DNA of 64,000 bases from Candidatus Bathyarchaeia archaeon (GCA_038817995.1 JAWAZC010000003.1:1664-65663); one strand, 5' to 3'. Shown: positions 7,415 through 17,710, numbered from the stretch's first letter. Notes: generated by a model not told the origin, from the sequence alone. Numbers and translations: made by a program.

Positions 7415-10240
7415 CTACTTAACGTCAAGCTTTTTATGCTTAAGTTGACCTTCCAGAACTTCTTCAGCCTTCTTGATAGCGTCTTGTAAATTTTCCTTTA
7501 AGGGCCCACCTCCTTGTGCGAAGTTTCGTCTCCCCCCACCACCGCCGCCTATTATTTTTGAGGCTTCCTTTGCTATTTCGCTGGCGTCTACGCCTCTTTC
7601 AACAGCTTTTTTGCCGGCCATAACCATTATCCTAGCAGTTTTCTTATCGGCTCCATAGAAAATGGCGACGGCGAAATCATCCTTTCTTATTATTTCGTTT
7701 GCTGTTTGCACCATGCGGTTTACGTCAATGTCTATTCCAAAATCGCGTAAGATAAGCTTAACATCGCCAACTTCACGAACTGTAGCCATTTCCGTTTTGG
7801 CGCTCACGTCAAGGCTTTCGAGTCTCGCTATTTCTTTGATCAACCTTCTTCTTTCAGCCTTTGCCTCTTTCAAGTCTCTAAGCAATTTCTCAGCGGTTTT
7901 GTCCAGCTTCTCAAGCGGTGCGTTTAAAATCTCCGAAACCCGCCAAAGAAGCTCCTCGTTTCGCTGTACAGCTTTTAAGGCGTGCACTCCAACAGAGTAT
8001 TCAAGACGCTCCACACCATCCTGAATCCGTTCCGTGTGAGTTATTTTAATGAAGCCTATTTCCCCCGTGTTCCGCACATGGGTGCCAGCGCAAGCTTCCA
8101 CTTCCCAATCTCCAATTTTAACCACGCGAATCTCTTTTCCGGGAACCGCGCCCCCTTGGTAGAGTCTAAATCCATAGAGGCTTTCTGCTTCATTCCGCGG
8201 CATCCATGAGATTTCAACAGGAATATTACGGAAAACAGCCTCGTTGGCTAAAATCTCTATCTTCTGCACTTCCTCTCTTGTAAGACGACGGTGATGGGAA
8301 ATGTCCAGTCTGGAACTTTCAACGCCTTTTTGAGTGCCAAATTGCCAAACATGCTGCCCAAGGACACGGCGCGCAGCAGCATTAACAATATGGGTTGCCG
8401 TGTGACTCTTCATTAAGGCATACCGTCTATCCCAGTTTATAACACCCTTGACAATACTTCCCTCTTTGGGGAGATTTCCGCCTTTAACCTCGTGAACAAT
8501 AACCTTACCAACTTTTTGCACATCAACAATCTCAACTTTTCCTCCATCAAATTCTAGGAAGCCTATATCGGCTGGCTGTCCTCCGCCCTCCGGGTAAAAG
8601 CACGTCCTGTCAAGAACGACGTATTTATCCTTGAAGATTTTGAGAATCTTCGCCTCAAAGCTTGCCATGTATTGGTCTCTGTAGTAAAGTTCCTCCGTCG
8701 CGGGTAAACCAGCGACTTCGTTTTCAAGCCACCTTTCGTGTTCAACCTCTTCCGTGGCCTTTCGAGTTTGCATGTGCTTTTGAGCGACGAGACTGTAAAA
8801 GTTTTCCGGAACTTCAACAGTTAAGCCTTTGGTTTCTGCTATTTCCTTGACTATTTCGGGTGGAAGACCATGCGAGTCGTAAAGTTCGGTTAAAGTTTCA
8901 ACGGGAACGCTTTTGAAGCCTTTAGACTTCAGTTCTTCAGTTAAACGTTTTACGAAGCTTCCTCCCCTTGATATTGTTTCCTTGAATTTCTCCTCCTCTA
9001 CATGGAGCATTTCCATTATTTCGTCCCGCATCTCCATTAGGTGGGGGTAGTCCTGAGACCAATAGCGGATTTGCATATCAAAAATGTCGTAAAGCCTATC
9101 CGTGATCCCCAAAAGCCTAAGCAGCCGGTAAATTCTCCTGAACAAAAGTCTGGCCAAGTATCCCTCTTGAATATTTGATGGAACAACACCTTCGGCCAGA
9201 ATGAAGCTTAAACACTTCGTGTGATCTGCGACGGCGAAGGCGTTTTCTATAGGTGACAGAACTTTATCAAGCGTGCCAACTTCAACGCCTAGGATTTTGG
9301 CTATTTTCCTTCTAGACTCCATTAAACCGGCATTCTTTTCTAAGCTTATAAGAGCTGAAAACTCCGCAACTTTTGCCAGTAAATCTATGTCAACTTGAAT
9401 TATTCCGGCCATTTCAAAGATTTTCTTCAAAAGCTCGCCGTAAATTGTGTGAAAGGCGCTTGTGGCCCCTTGTGAAAGCCAAGCGTAACGCTCTATACCA
9501 TAGCCCACATCAACCGTCCTTATCGGCAGTTTGATAAATTGGTTGCCGACAACTTTATACTGCATGAAAACGAGTGTGGCTACTTCCAAGCCTCTGACTA
9601 TACATTCAAGGCACGGCCCAGCGTTGCCACCGCCGGACCATATCTCTTCTTTGTAAATTATTTCCTCCGGCTTTATCCCAAGCTCTTCCGTGGCAAAAAT
9701 GTGGTGATACCTAACCGTCTGGTCCTTCCAGTAAACCTCTTTGTCTGGATAGTTGAATGCGTGATGCCCGCCCATCTCGAAGATTGTTAGATATTTGCCA
9801 AAAGTTGGACCGGTATTAGTTATATCAACTAAACGGATGCAAGGTTGAACTATGACCAGTGGATTTGCTGGAGGAGGAGCAATTCCCTCCGTAACGTATG
9901 GTTGGAAGTCTATTATGCTGGCATGCGTCAGGTAAATGTCGTCTCTCCACCTTGCAACGACGGGGTAAGGCTTTATACGCGTGTGACCGCGCTTTTCGAA
10001 AAATGATAGGAAAGTTTCACGCATCTCACGTACGGTAAAACTTTTCTTTGTCGGCGGGTTTTTAATGAAAGTGTAAGTAGCACATCCTTCAGCCCTCGCC
10101 TCACCACATGTTTCTTGCTCCGGGTTTAAAGTCCAAAAGAATGTTTCACATTTTGGACAGAGCTTTCTAACATAACCATGCTCCTTGAAAAATGGAAGAG
10201 CATATTCCTCTGCTGGAAACCTCTCCAAACCCCTCAGCAC
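7415..10240 (-). CDS. alaS: Alanine--tRNA ligase, archaeal type
   Basis: 941 aa. Archaeal N-terminal zinc-ribbon-like CPKC...C, class II core, editing-domain HTATH motif (MKSHTATHIV), and a C-terminal DHHA1-like GGGGGGR segment. Confidence 0.95.
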   Translation of the reverse strand: MLRGLERFPAEEYALPFFKEHGYVRKLCPKCETFFWTLNPEQETCGEARAEGCATYTFIKNPPTKKSFTVREMRETFLSFFEKRGHTRIKPYPVVARWRDDIYLTHASIIDFQPYVTEGIAPPPANPLVIVQPCIRLVDITNTGPTFGKYLTIFEMGGHHAFNYPDKEVYWKDQTVRYHHIFATEELGIKPEEIIYKEEIWSGGGNAGPCLECIVRGLEVATLVFMQYKVVGNQFIKLPIRTVDVGYGIERYAWLSQGATSAFHTIYGELLKKIFEMAGIIQVDIDLLAKVAEFSALISLEKNAGLMESRRKIAKILGVEVGTLDKVLSPIENAFAVADHTKCLSFILAEGVVPSNIQEGYLARLLFRRIYRLLRLLGITDRLYDIFDMQIRYWSQDYPHLMEMRDEIMEMLHVEEEKFKETISRGGSFVKRLTEELKSKGFKSVPVETLTELYDSHGLPPEIVKEIAETKGLTVEVPENFYSLVAQKHMQTRKATEEVEHERWLENEVAGLPATEELYYRDQYMASFEAKILKIFKDKYVVLDRTCFYPEGGGQPADIGFLEFDGGKVEIVDVQKVGKVIVHEVKGGNLPKEGSIVKGVINWDRRYALMKSHTATHIVNAAARRVLGQHVWQFGTQKGVESSRLDISHHRRLTREEVQKIEILANEAVFRNIPVEISWMPRNEAESLYGFRLYQGGAVPGKEIRVVKIGDWEVEACAGTHVRNTGEIGFIKITHTERIQDGVERLEYSVGVHALKAVQRNEELLWRVSEILNAPLEKLDKTAEKLLRDLKEAKAERRRLIKEIARLESLDVSAKTEMATVREVGDVKLILRDFGIDIDVNRMVQTANEIIRKDDFAVAIFYGADKKTARIMVMAGKKAVERGVDASEIAKEASKIIGGGGGGRRNFAQGGGPLKENLQDAIKKAEEVLEGQLKHKKLDVK

Positions 10241-10303
10241 TCCTTGGCAGCGGATGCTTTTGCACTTTCAATGGATAGATGAATCTCCAACATTTAAACC
10301 ATT

Positions 10304-10612
10304 TCACCCAAGTTTAAGGCCTAAAAGAAAACCTGCTACAAAGCTTGCGGCAAAAGGCAGCAAAGCTATTGTATGAACAAGCCAAGAAAAAGCGCTGCCA
10401 ACTGCTCCTAGAAAGTCGCTTATAAAGTTGAAAAGTGCTTCGTAGTTTAGGCTTAAAATGCCCTTAATGTTAAGATAGACGAGGAGACATACGAATAAGC
10501 CTATCAAAAATAGTACAAGTTTGCTTAATTTTTTAAGAGCAAACCCTAGTATGAAGCCAATGAATCCTCCCAAACCAACTTGATAGATTATTGGCGGTAG
10601 GACATCGCTCAT
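10304..10612 (-). CDS. Small integral membrane protein, FUN14-like
   Basis: 102 aa with three predicted hydrophobic, Gly-rich helices (GLGGFIGFILGFALKK...). The family assignment is from memory only. Confidence 0.5.
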   Translation of the reverse strand: MSDVLPPIIYQVGLGGFIGFILGFALKKLSKLVLFLIGLFVCLLVYLNIKGILSLNYEALFNFISDFLGAVGSAFSWLVHTIALLPFAASFVAGFLLGLKLG

Positions 10613-10680
10613 TCACGGATTCTCCAAATATCAAGCAACTTGCTGTCTTTAAAATCTTATTGACACGCAAAAGAAGCATT

Positions 10681-12021
10681 TTAGGGAAAATGCCATCCTT
10701 CAATTAGTTTAATCTCCAAGCCTCGCCGTTTCTCCATTCCGTAACGTGAAAGAGGCTTCGTGAGGTGCCTTTGAGATCGAGGAGAGGTAACGTGTAATCC
10801 CTTCTCCACGGTGCGTTTAACACGAACAGCAATTTTGGCAAGGCTGGAAAAACGCAAACCGCATTTTTCGCATCGGAAACCTTTGCCCTTACCTGTAGAC
10901 TTTAAACTTTTGCCACACTTAGGACAGGGAGGATTGCGGTAAATTATTCGAGGTGCAAGTTTTAAAACGCGCAGTTTTTCAAGGTTAATGGTTATCGGAT
11001 GATTTTGAGAGGGGGGACGTACACCCCCGTAAACTTCTACATAATCGCCAACCATTAACTTGCTTGCCGCGTTTCTTAGAATGCCTGTGGGTGCGTAAGC
11101 TGCGCAGTCAACATGAGCACTATTGTCTCCAATCGTAAAAATTACGTGTCTTCTCGGAACTATTCTTGGATTCGCCACCACGATTCCCCTAGCGATCACG
11201 GAGTGGTAGGGCTTTACTTTACTTAATTGTTTAACCCGCTTCAAGTGGGCGTCTGTACCATGGTTTGTGCGGAAAATAACCCAACGTTCTACAGGCTCAA
11301 GGGGCTTGACAATTTCAAAAGCTTTCTTAACAATTTCGGGAGTTTCGCCCCTTATGCCGAATAGAATTGGGTCTGGTCCCCTTGGCGTTATTAATATTCT
11401 GCCAGTTTCCGGGTCAACATTGTTGAAAGTGTATGGCGATGTGACGCGGTCCATCTCTATTATCGATGTTTTATCCACTTTCCGTTCAGTGCCCCAGTTT
11501 TCCGGGACTCGGTATGCGATTACTTCGAAGGTGTGGTCGCCTCTGAGTGTTTCACCAATTGCTGCTAAACCGCCTATAATTCCGCGTCCGCCTTTGAAGC
11601 CTAAAGCCTCAGCCTTAAACTGTTTCAAAAGTTTTATGGCGGTTTTCATAGTAACTATTCCAGTAATAGCATTCTTGGCGAAATCTTGAATTTCCCTTGG
11701 AACTCTGGTTCTTGAAAGGAAAACAATACCGGGATCCGTGCCTTTATGCGCCAAATCAGAATGTTCTTCCACAGCGTCTATGACTATTTCTTTGACTTTG
11801 TCTACAACGTTTTCGTTACATCTTATTCTTAGGCATAGTGCTCCGTTCCCCCGGGTTTTCCATGGAACATTCGGGTTCAGCCTAACAAGGTTTGGGTAGT
11901 CCGTAAATTCGACTCCAAGCTTTTCCAGTTTTTCCACTATCAAAGCTGCAATGTAGGTTGTGCATCCCCTCCGCGGAGAATCTGTGTCATCAAAGCCTAT
12001 GTGCAGGTACTGCAAGGCCAT
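10681..12021 (-). CDS. tiaS: tRNA(Ile2) 2-agmatinylcytidine synthetase TiaS
   Basis: N-terminus HIGFDDTDSPRRGCTTYIAA...LNPNVPWKTRGNGA matches the TiaS kinase-like domain. C-terminal zinc ribbon CPKCGKSLKSTGKGKGFRCEKCG. Confidence 0.85.
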   Translation of the reverse strand: MALQYLHIGFDDTDSPRRGCTTYIAALIVEKLEKLGVEFTDYPNLVRLNPNVPWKTRGNGALCLRIRCNENVVDKVKEIVIDAVEEHSDLAHKGTDPGIVFLSRTRVPREIQDFAKNAITGIVTMKTAIKLLKQFKAEALGFKGGRGIIGGLAAIGETLRGDHTFEVIAYRVPENWGTERKVDKTSIIEMDRVTSPYTFNNVDPETGRILITPRGPDPILFGIRGETPEIVKKAFEIVKPLEPVERWVIFRTNHGTDAHLKRVKQLSKVKPYHSVIARGIVVANPRIVPRRHVIFTIGDNSAHVDCAAYAPTGILRNAASKLMVGDYVEVYGGVRPPSQNHPITINLEKLRVLKLAPRIIYRNPPCPKCGKSLKSTGKGKGFRCEKCGLRFSSLAKIAVRVKRTVEKGLHVTSPRSQRHLTKPLSRYGMEKRRGLEIKLIEGWHFP

Positions 12022-12124
12022 TTTGTATAGCCTACATTAACTATTCTATTCTATCGCTTAAGGATTAAAATATATGCTGTGCGAATTACGGCTTGCTGAT
12101 TCGGAGATAAAGAGGGAAGGTTGG

Positions 12125-12403
12125 CTATTTCGCTGATTCCTCGATTATTATCATTGTGAGGGTTGACCTAACCTTGTCGAGTCTCCTTATGCGCCAAGTA
12201 ACAATTTCTTTGAGCTTGTCCATTGTTTCGGCGCTTACTTTGCAGATTATGTCATATACTCCATAAACGGAGTAGGCTTCCTCGACGCCTTCAATCTTTC
12301 TTAAGTCTTTTAATACATCGGATTCTGAGCCTATTTCTGTGTTGATTAACACGAAAGCCTTTGGCAATTTAACCTCCTCAAATATTGTTGTGCTTAGATT
12401 CAT
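12125..12403 (-). CDS. Stand-alone Lrp/AsnC-type ligand-binding (RAM) domain protein
   Basis: 92 aa. AFVLINTEIGSESDVLKDLRKIEGVEEAYSVYGVYDIICKV has the typical beta-alpha-beta-beta-alpha-beta RAM-domain pattern. No HTH is present. Confidence 0.65.
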   Translation of the reverse strand: MNLSTTIFEEVKLPKAFVLINTEIGSESDVLKDLRKIEGVEEAYSVYGVYDIICKVSAETMDKLKEIVTWRIRRLDKVRSTLTMIIIEESAK

Positions 12404-12499
12404 TAAAATGTTTTGTGCTACCTTTAATGAAGCGGACTGCGGACTGTAGTGAAAATATTCTTATGCAGAGCCTACAATATCAGTTTTTAGGTTTAAGGT

Positions 12500-14053
12500 A
12501 TGCTGAATCAGAGCATTGCTAAGAGTGTTATCACAAGTCGTGAGATGCGGGCTTTAGAGTTAAACGCCGAATATTTTGGGATTTCTCAGCTTCAGCTTAT
12601 GGAAAATGCCGGGCGAAGCGTAGCCCAAGAAATAGCCTCAAGATTTACATCGGACAAAAAAGTTGCAGTTTTCTGCGGTTTGGGCGGCAATGGTGGGGAC
12701 GGTTTTGTTGCAGCGAGACATTTGGCGGCAATAGGCTTTAAAGTTACAGTGATCCTTGCTGGAAAAGCGAGAGAAATTTCTCATCAAGCAGCTCTGGAAA
12801 ATTGGAGAGTATTGCAGTTTCTGAGGGACAGCGTGACAATCTATGAAGTTTATGACAGCTCGCTTATACCCGACATAGAGGCGGATGTAATTATAGACGC
12901 TCTTCTTGGAACTGGAACAAAAGGCAAGCTTAAACCACCAATAGAACAGCTTGTTGAAAAAATTAACGCGTCAAACGCCTTTAAAGTAGCTGTGGACGTG
13001 CCGACTGGTGTAGACTCTGACACAGGCGAAATTTTAGGGACAGCTGTTAAAGCCAACTTGACAATAACCTTCTACAAAACCAAAAAAGGATTGGAAACTG
13101 CAAAAGAGTACGTTGGCGAGTTAAAAGTTAAGGACATTGGACTGCCGCCGGAACTCGAAAACTATGCAGGTCCGGGAGACGTTAAACTAGTAGTGAAGAC
13201 GCGTGTTCCAGAATCCCATAAAGGAGACTATGGAAGACTGCTGGTGATCGGTGGAAGCGAAACCTTTTCCGGTGCTCCAGCCCTCGTGGCACTCGCAGCC
13301 TTGAGAACCGGTGTTGATTTGACTTATGTAGCTGCGCCGCAGAAAACAGCCTATGCAATTTCAGCTATGTCACCAGACTTGATCACCATAAAACTTGACG
13401 GGGATCACTTGAACGTTAGCAACGTCTTCGGCTTGAAAACTTACATTCAAAATTCAGACGCCGTTGTGTTAGGTCCAGGGCTTGGGCTCCACGTGGAGAC
13501 TAAGGATGCTGTTAAAGCTTTGATTGAGGCTGTAGAGGATTTTGGGAAACCGCTTTTGCTGGATGCTGATGGCTTGAAAGCTTTCGCAGAATTCAAAAGA
13601 AAGCTAATGGTACCCGCGGTTTTGACTCCTCACGCCGGTGAATACGCAATTTTAACTGGGAAAACGCTTCCGGAAAGCCTTAAAGAAAAGGCTTTGGAAG
13701 TCCAGAAAACGGCTGCCGAATTTGGAGCGGTAATACTCCTTAAAGGCCCCGTTGACGTTATCGCCGATGAAAGAAGGGTTAAACTCAATTTTACGGGGAA
13801 TCCGGGGATGACTGTGGGCGGAACTGGTGACGTGCTTTCAGGAATCGTCGGAGCCTTTTTGGCGCAAAATGCTGACCCATTTGAAGCCGCTGTTGCTGGA
13901 GCCTTTGTTAATGGTGCCGCCGGGGACTTCGCCTTCGCAGAGAAGGGATATCACATAACGGCATCCGACCTTCTGGATTGGGTTCCAAAAGTTTTAGATG
14001 ATCCCATAAGCCACTTGAGGGTGCAAAAAGCTGGGGGAAAGAAAACCGCTTAA
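12500..14053 (+). CDS. nnr: Bifunctional NAD(P)H-hydrate repair enzyme Nnr (epimerase + ADP-dependent dehydratase)
   Basis: YjeF_N part (VFCGLGGNGGDGFV) fused to a carbohydrate-kinase-like part (HKGDYGRLLVIGGS..., GGTGDVLSGIVGA). Confidence 0.9.
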   Translation: MLNQSIAKSVITSREMRALELNAEYFGISQLQLMENAGRSVAQEIASRFTSDKKVAVFCGLGGNGGDGFVAARHLAAIGFKVTVILAGKAREISHQAALENWRVLQFLRDSVTIYEVYDSSLIPDIEADVIIDALLGTGTKGKLKPPIEQLVEKINASNAFKVAVDVPTGVDSDTGEILGTAVKANLTITFYKTKKGLETAKEYVGELKVKDIGLPPELENYAGPGDVKLVVKTRVPESHKGDYGRLLVIGGSETFSGAPALVALAALRTGVDLTYVAAPQKTAYAISAMSPDLITIKLDGDHLNVSNVFGLKTYIQNSDAVVLGPGLGLHVETKDAVKALIEAVEDFGKPLLLDADGLKAFAEFKRKLMVPAVLTPHAGEYAILTGKTLPESLKEKALEVQKTAAEFGAVILLKGPVDVIADERRVKLNFTGNPGMTVGGTGDVLSGIVGAFLAQNADPFEAAVAGAFVNGAAGDFAFAEKGYHITASDLLDWVPKVLDDPISHLRVQKAGGKKTA

Positions 14054-14060
14054 GATTGTT

Positions 14061-14567
14061 GTGTATCATGCTGGGCAATGCGACCCCAAAAAGTGTACAG
14101 CTCTAAAACTTAAACGCCATGGACTTGTCCGCCTAGTACGCCAAATCAAACTGCTGCCTAAAGGCGCCATAATCCTAAACCCTTTTTCAAAAATCGCCTT
14201 TTCGCCCGCCGACAGAAAGCGAATAGAAACGTATGGGTTGGCGGCTTTAGACTTTAGCTGGGAACACGCCGAGAAACCGCTAATGAAAAATGTTAGAGGC
14301 GCATCGAGGTGCTTGCCATATCTTTTGGCTGGAAACCCTGTCAACTTTGCATGCCCCACAAAACTGAGCACGGCTGAAGCTTTAGCCGCAGCCCTTTACA
14401 TAGCCGGATTCAAAAAAGAAGCACATAGATTAATGTCCATATTCAAGTGGGGACACACTTTCATAGAACTAAACAAAGAGAAACTTGAAAAATACGCCAT
14501 GGCGAAAAACAGCAGCGAGGTTGTGGAAATACAAAAGAGTTTTATTAAAATCCCACAAGGACAATAG
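14061..14567 (+). CDS. tsr3: 16S rRNA aminocarboxypropyltransferase Tsr3
   Basis: YHAGQCDPKKCTALKL N-terminal signature of the Tsr3/DUF367 family. GTG start 8 nt after the nnr stop. Confidence 0.8.
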   Translation: MYHAGQCDPKKCTALKLKRHGLVRLVRQIKLLPKGAIILNPFSKIAFSPADRKRIETYGLAALDFSWEHAEKPLMKNVRGASRCLPYLLAGNPVNFACPTKLSTAEALAAALYIAGFKKEAHRLMSIFKWGHTFIELNKEKLEKYAMAKNSSEVVEIQKSFIKIPQGQ

Positions 14568-14575
14568 TTGCGGAA

Positions 14576-15199
14576 ATGGAACCTATAAATGATTTACCAT
14601 GGTTTCTGGCTTCTGTCGCTGTAATTTCCTTGTCAGGAGTCATGGCGCCTGGACCCGTTTTTGCGGTGACAATTGCGAAAGGATATGAGGATAAAAAAGC
14701 TGGGGCTTTAATAGCCGTGGGTCATGGCGCCATAGAGATTCCGTTAATACTCCTCTTGTTTTTCGGGCTTTCAGAACTTTTCCGCTCCGCACTTACCCAA
14801 AAAATTGTAGGCCTTCTCGGAGGCGTAATCCTCATATATATGGGTTTTGGAATGCTTAGAAAACGCGAAGAGCAAAACATGGACCCCCAACACTTGGGAT
14901 ATACTTCTTTTGTTGCTGGTTTTGTGGCAACAGCCGCAAATCCCTACTTCTTCCTCTGGTGGGCAACAGTGGGGGCAACTCTCATCCTTAACGCCTCTCT
15001 ATTTGGCTATATGGGGCTCGCTTTGTTTACGATTGTTCATTGGTCTTGTGACCTAGCTTGGGATACATTCGTATCCATGACTGTTTTCAAGTCGCGGCGC
15101 TTCTGGACGCAAAAAGTGTTTAAAGTAGTGTTTATGTTCTGCTTCATCGTCCTAACAGTTTTTGGTTCATGGTTTATCGCCTCAGCCTTGCTGTGGTAG
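14576..15199 (+). CDS. LysE/RhtB family amino-acid exporter
   Basis: 207 aa, about 6 TM helices, with an N-terminal SGVMAPGPVFAVT motif typical of the LysE family. Confidence 0.7.
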   Translation: MEPINDLPWFLASVAVISLSGVMAPGPVFAVTIAKGYEDKKAGALIAVGHGAIEIPLILLLFFGLSELFRSALTQKIVGLLGGVILIYMGFGMLRKREEQNMDPQHLGYTSFVAGFVATAANPYFFLWWATVGATLILNASLFGYMGLALFTIVHWSCDLAWDTFVSMTVFKSRRFWTQKVFKVVFMFCFIVLTVFGSWFIASALLW

Positions 15200-15295
15200 C
15201 TGCTCACTTCAAGTTATAACGCTGCTAGCAGTCTTTTGTTGACAGGCTTAAACTTTAAAGGTGAAAAATGCAAACATAAAAATGGTGCAAGGAGT

Positions 15296-15865
15296 ATGAG
15301 TGGAGACATCTGCGAGTACCAAATTGGCAAAGCAAAAGTATGCATTGTGCAAGGCGATATAACTGAGATGGATACGGATGCCATCGTAAACGCGGCGAAC
15401 CCTTCCTTGATGGGAGGGGGAGGCGTAGACGGGGCAATTCACCGCAAAGGAGGACCCAAAATTCTCGAGGAATGTAAACGGATAAGGGCTACGGAATACC
15501 CAAACGGGCTTCCAACGGGAAAAGCCGTCATCACTACGGGAGGTAATTTGAAAGCCAAATATGTTATCCACACTGTTGGACCGATTTGGCGCGGTGGGAG
15601 CCATGGCGAACCAGAGCTTTTGGTTGAAGCTTACCGAAACTCCTTAAAGTTGGCAGTATCAAAAGAGTTGAAAACCATAGCTTTTCCATCGATTAGCACA
15701 GGAGCTTACGGTTATCCAATAGAAAAAGCTTGCAGGGTAGCATTAGCAACTGTTAAAGAGTTCCTTGAAAAGGAAGATAAACTTGACAAGGTTGTGCTTG
15801 TACTGTTCAGTCAACGCGACTTTGAAATTTATAAGGAGGCTGCAAAAGAAATTCTGGCAAGTTAA
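15296..15865 (+). CDS. Macro domain protein (O-acetyl-ADP-ribose deacetylase, YmdB/AF1521-like)
   Basis: VQGDITEMDTDAIVNAANPSLMGGGGVDGAIHRKGG...IHTVGP...SISTGAYGYP is the canonical macro domain. The ATG at 15296 is preceded by AAGGAG. The track start at 15236 adds an atypical extension. Confidence 0.9.
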   Translation: MSGDICEYQIGKAKVCIVQGDITEMDTDAIVNAANPSLMGGGGVDGAIHRKGGPKILEECKRIRATEYPNGLPTGKAVITTGGNLKAKYVIHTVGPIWRGGSHGEPELLVEAYRNSLKLAVSKELKTIAFPSISTGAYGYPIEKACRVALATVKEFLEKEDKLDKVVLVLFSQRDFEIYKEAAKEILAS

Positions 15866-16121
15866 TATCGAATGTAAACTTTGCCTCCAAGTTCTTCGAC
15901 ACTTGATTTAAGTCTCTCCAAAATCTGCTTCATTCTATCATTAACAGTGTCTTGCCATCCCTTAGACCCGCTGGGAACTCGAACCTCAATTATGCAGTAG
16001 TATTGTTCACCCAACCAGTGACACCTAACTTCAGTAGATGTGAGGATGACTTAAATTGTGCGAATCTCGGGTATTGATTAGAAGCAATCCAAAGTCAGAT
16101 TCTGAATAAACATGAGTTGAG

Positions 16122-16733
16122 CTAACTTAGATCAAGGACAAAGCATGGAATCAAACTCATGTATAAAGGATTTTGAATATCCCTTTTGATCACAAGGGGG
16201 TCAATGTATGCGATCAAGGTTTTTCCATTTAAGTCCTCTCGAACTCTCCAGAAGCGTTTTAAGTCTTTTTCAGCAAGCTTTTTTCTGCTCTCCATGTCAT
16301 GTTTTACCGCTAGTTCTATGGATTTTAGGTAAAAGTCTGTTATGGAATAATTTACTAGCCTAAGGTTGAATTTCATGTCTTTGTCATTAAGTTTCTCTGA
16401 AGTTTTGAACCGTGTGATGACGGCGTTTCCAAAGTCTTTTAGGCTTTGCTCCTTCAAAACTATGAGGGGACAGATGAAACGGGAGGCTTGCAGAAGCGAG
16501 TCTAAGATGGGGTTAGACTCTATTTTTGGCAATGTTAAGAGCTTTTTCCACTTCAAATCAAGCTTTAAGGTCTCTGAAACTCCGAGCTCTCTGTATCTGA
16601 ACTTTCGTTTAAGCCATTCAAACTCTGTTTGAGGGGACATGCCCTCTGAAAAGTAGACTACCCCTCTAAGGTTTTTAACAAGGTACAGATGTAAGGGTTC
16701 AGGAACCCCCTTCATTAAACTATCCTTTTGCAT
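16122..16733 (-). CDS. Hypothetical protein, no family recognised
   Basis: 203-aa ORF, Lys/Leu-rich. It looks more A+T-rich than the flanking genes by eye. No recognisable motif. Confidence 0.5.
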   Translation of the reverse strand: MQKDSLMKGVPEPLHLYLVKNLRGVVYFSEGMSPQTEFEWLKRKFRYRELGVSETLKLDLKWKKLLTLPKIESNPILDSLLQASRFICPLIVLKEQSLKDFGNAVITRFKTSEKLNDKDMKFNLRLVNYSITDFYLKSIELAVKHDMESRKKLAEKDLKRFWRVREDLNGKTLIAYIDPLVIKRDIQNPLYMSLIPCFVLDLS

Positions 16734-16741
16734 TGTAAGTC

Positions 16742-17689
16742 TTAAGCTTTATCCGGTTTCTTTACGAGGCTTATGCGTTTACAGAAGGCGCATGTCTCGC
16801 TTGATGATGGAAAACCGCAAACCTTGCATTTGCCAAGGGAAAGTTTGGATTTGACATTTTCTTCCAGCAGCGGTATAAGCTCTAGAAATCTGTTCAAAAG
16901 CTGATGTTTAAAGTATGGGTTATACTTGGCTATGGTTTCTAAGATTTCTTTCCTTTTCCGCACACCAGTTCTCTTAGAAAATGGGCAGTCAATCTCTCTG
17001 AATGGAACGTCTTCATACAAACAATAGAGGAGATTTTCATTTTCCGGACTGCGAATGAGCGGCTTGACTTTTGAGGCCATGCCTTCCGCTAGCGGCGGCA
17101 AGACTGGTTTAAGTCTAATAAGTTGTTCCCAACGCCCATACAGAAAGTTGTTGAACATTATGCCAGCAACATCTTCCAAGTTATGTCCGGTCGCCAAAAC
17201 TTGAACTTTGGCTTTAACCGCCATCTCCTCAAAAATCCGTCTTTTTATGGTTCCGCATACGGAGCAAAGCTTCCCCTTGAAAGGCGTTTTCTGGAAGTCA
17301 CCTATTTTCACGCCTAACTCTTTGTGAATGTTAAAAACGTGCAATTCTACGTCAAGAATTTCAACCAACTTTTCGACTTTGGCTTGGCAATGGTCAGAGT
17401 AGTCTGGAATCCCCAGATTTATGTACAGTGCCACAAACCTGACTTCTGGGTAAGCCCTTCGCAAAGCGTGAAGAAGCGCGGCGCTATCCTTTCCACCTGA
17501 GACAGCCACACCGACGATGGCGTTTTCCTGGAACATTTTGAACTCCTCTACGGTCTTTTTGATTCTTGCGACATAAAACTCACTGAAACATTTAGGACAA
17601 AGGCTTAAACGGGCATAGGGAATCTGCACCTCAGCGCTGGTCGAACGACACTTTACACAGATCATTGGCATGACGACATCAACGCTCAA
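16742..17689 (-). CDS. ttuA: PP-loop ATPase, tRNA 2-thiolation enzyme of the TtuA/NcsA family
   Basis: N-terminal CxxC...CxxC zinc finger, PP-loop VAVSGGKDSAA, Fe-S ligand region CSVCGTIKRR, ATGHNLED, and a C-terminal CKVCGF...CAFC zinc finger. Confidence 0.8.
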   Translation of the reverse strand: MSVDVVMPMICVKCRSTSAEVQIPYARLSLCPKCFSEFYVARIKKTVEEFKMFQENAIVGVAVSGGKDSAALLHALRRAYPEVRFVALYINLGIPDYSDHCQAKVEKLVEILDVELHVFNIHKELGVKIGDFQKTPFKGKLCSVCGTIKRRIFEEMAVKAKVQVLATGHNLEDVAGIMFNNFLYGRWEQLIRLKPVLPPLAEGMASKVKPLIRSPENENLLYCLYEDVPFREIDCPFSKRTGVRKRKEILETIAKYNPYFKHQLLNRFLELIPLLEENVKSKLSLGKCKVCGFPSSSETCAFCKRISLVKKPDKA

Positions 17690-17710
17690 TGCTACCTCGT
17701 CGATTAAAAA

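Noticed and set aside
7473-8209. Several plus-strand ORFs (61-120 aa) inside alaS
   Set aside because: They are Ser/Pro/Ala/Phe-rich low-complexity translations antisense to an unambiguous AlaRS frame, which is typical of shadow ORFs. The same reasoning applies to antisense ORFs inside nrdD, cbiM, etfA/B, the thiolase, acd, the glycerate kinase gene and others.
15236-15295. 20-codon N-terminal extension of the macro-domain ORF in the track
   Set aside because: The extension (MLTGLNFKGEKCKHKNGARS) is atypical. The internal ATG at 15296 has a good AAGGAG motif and gives the normal macro-domain N-terminus.
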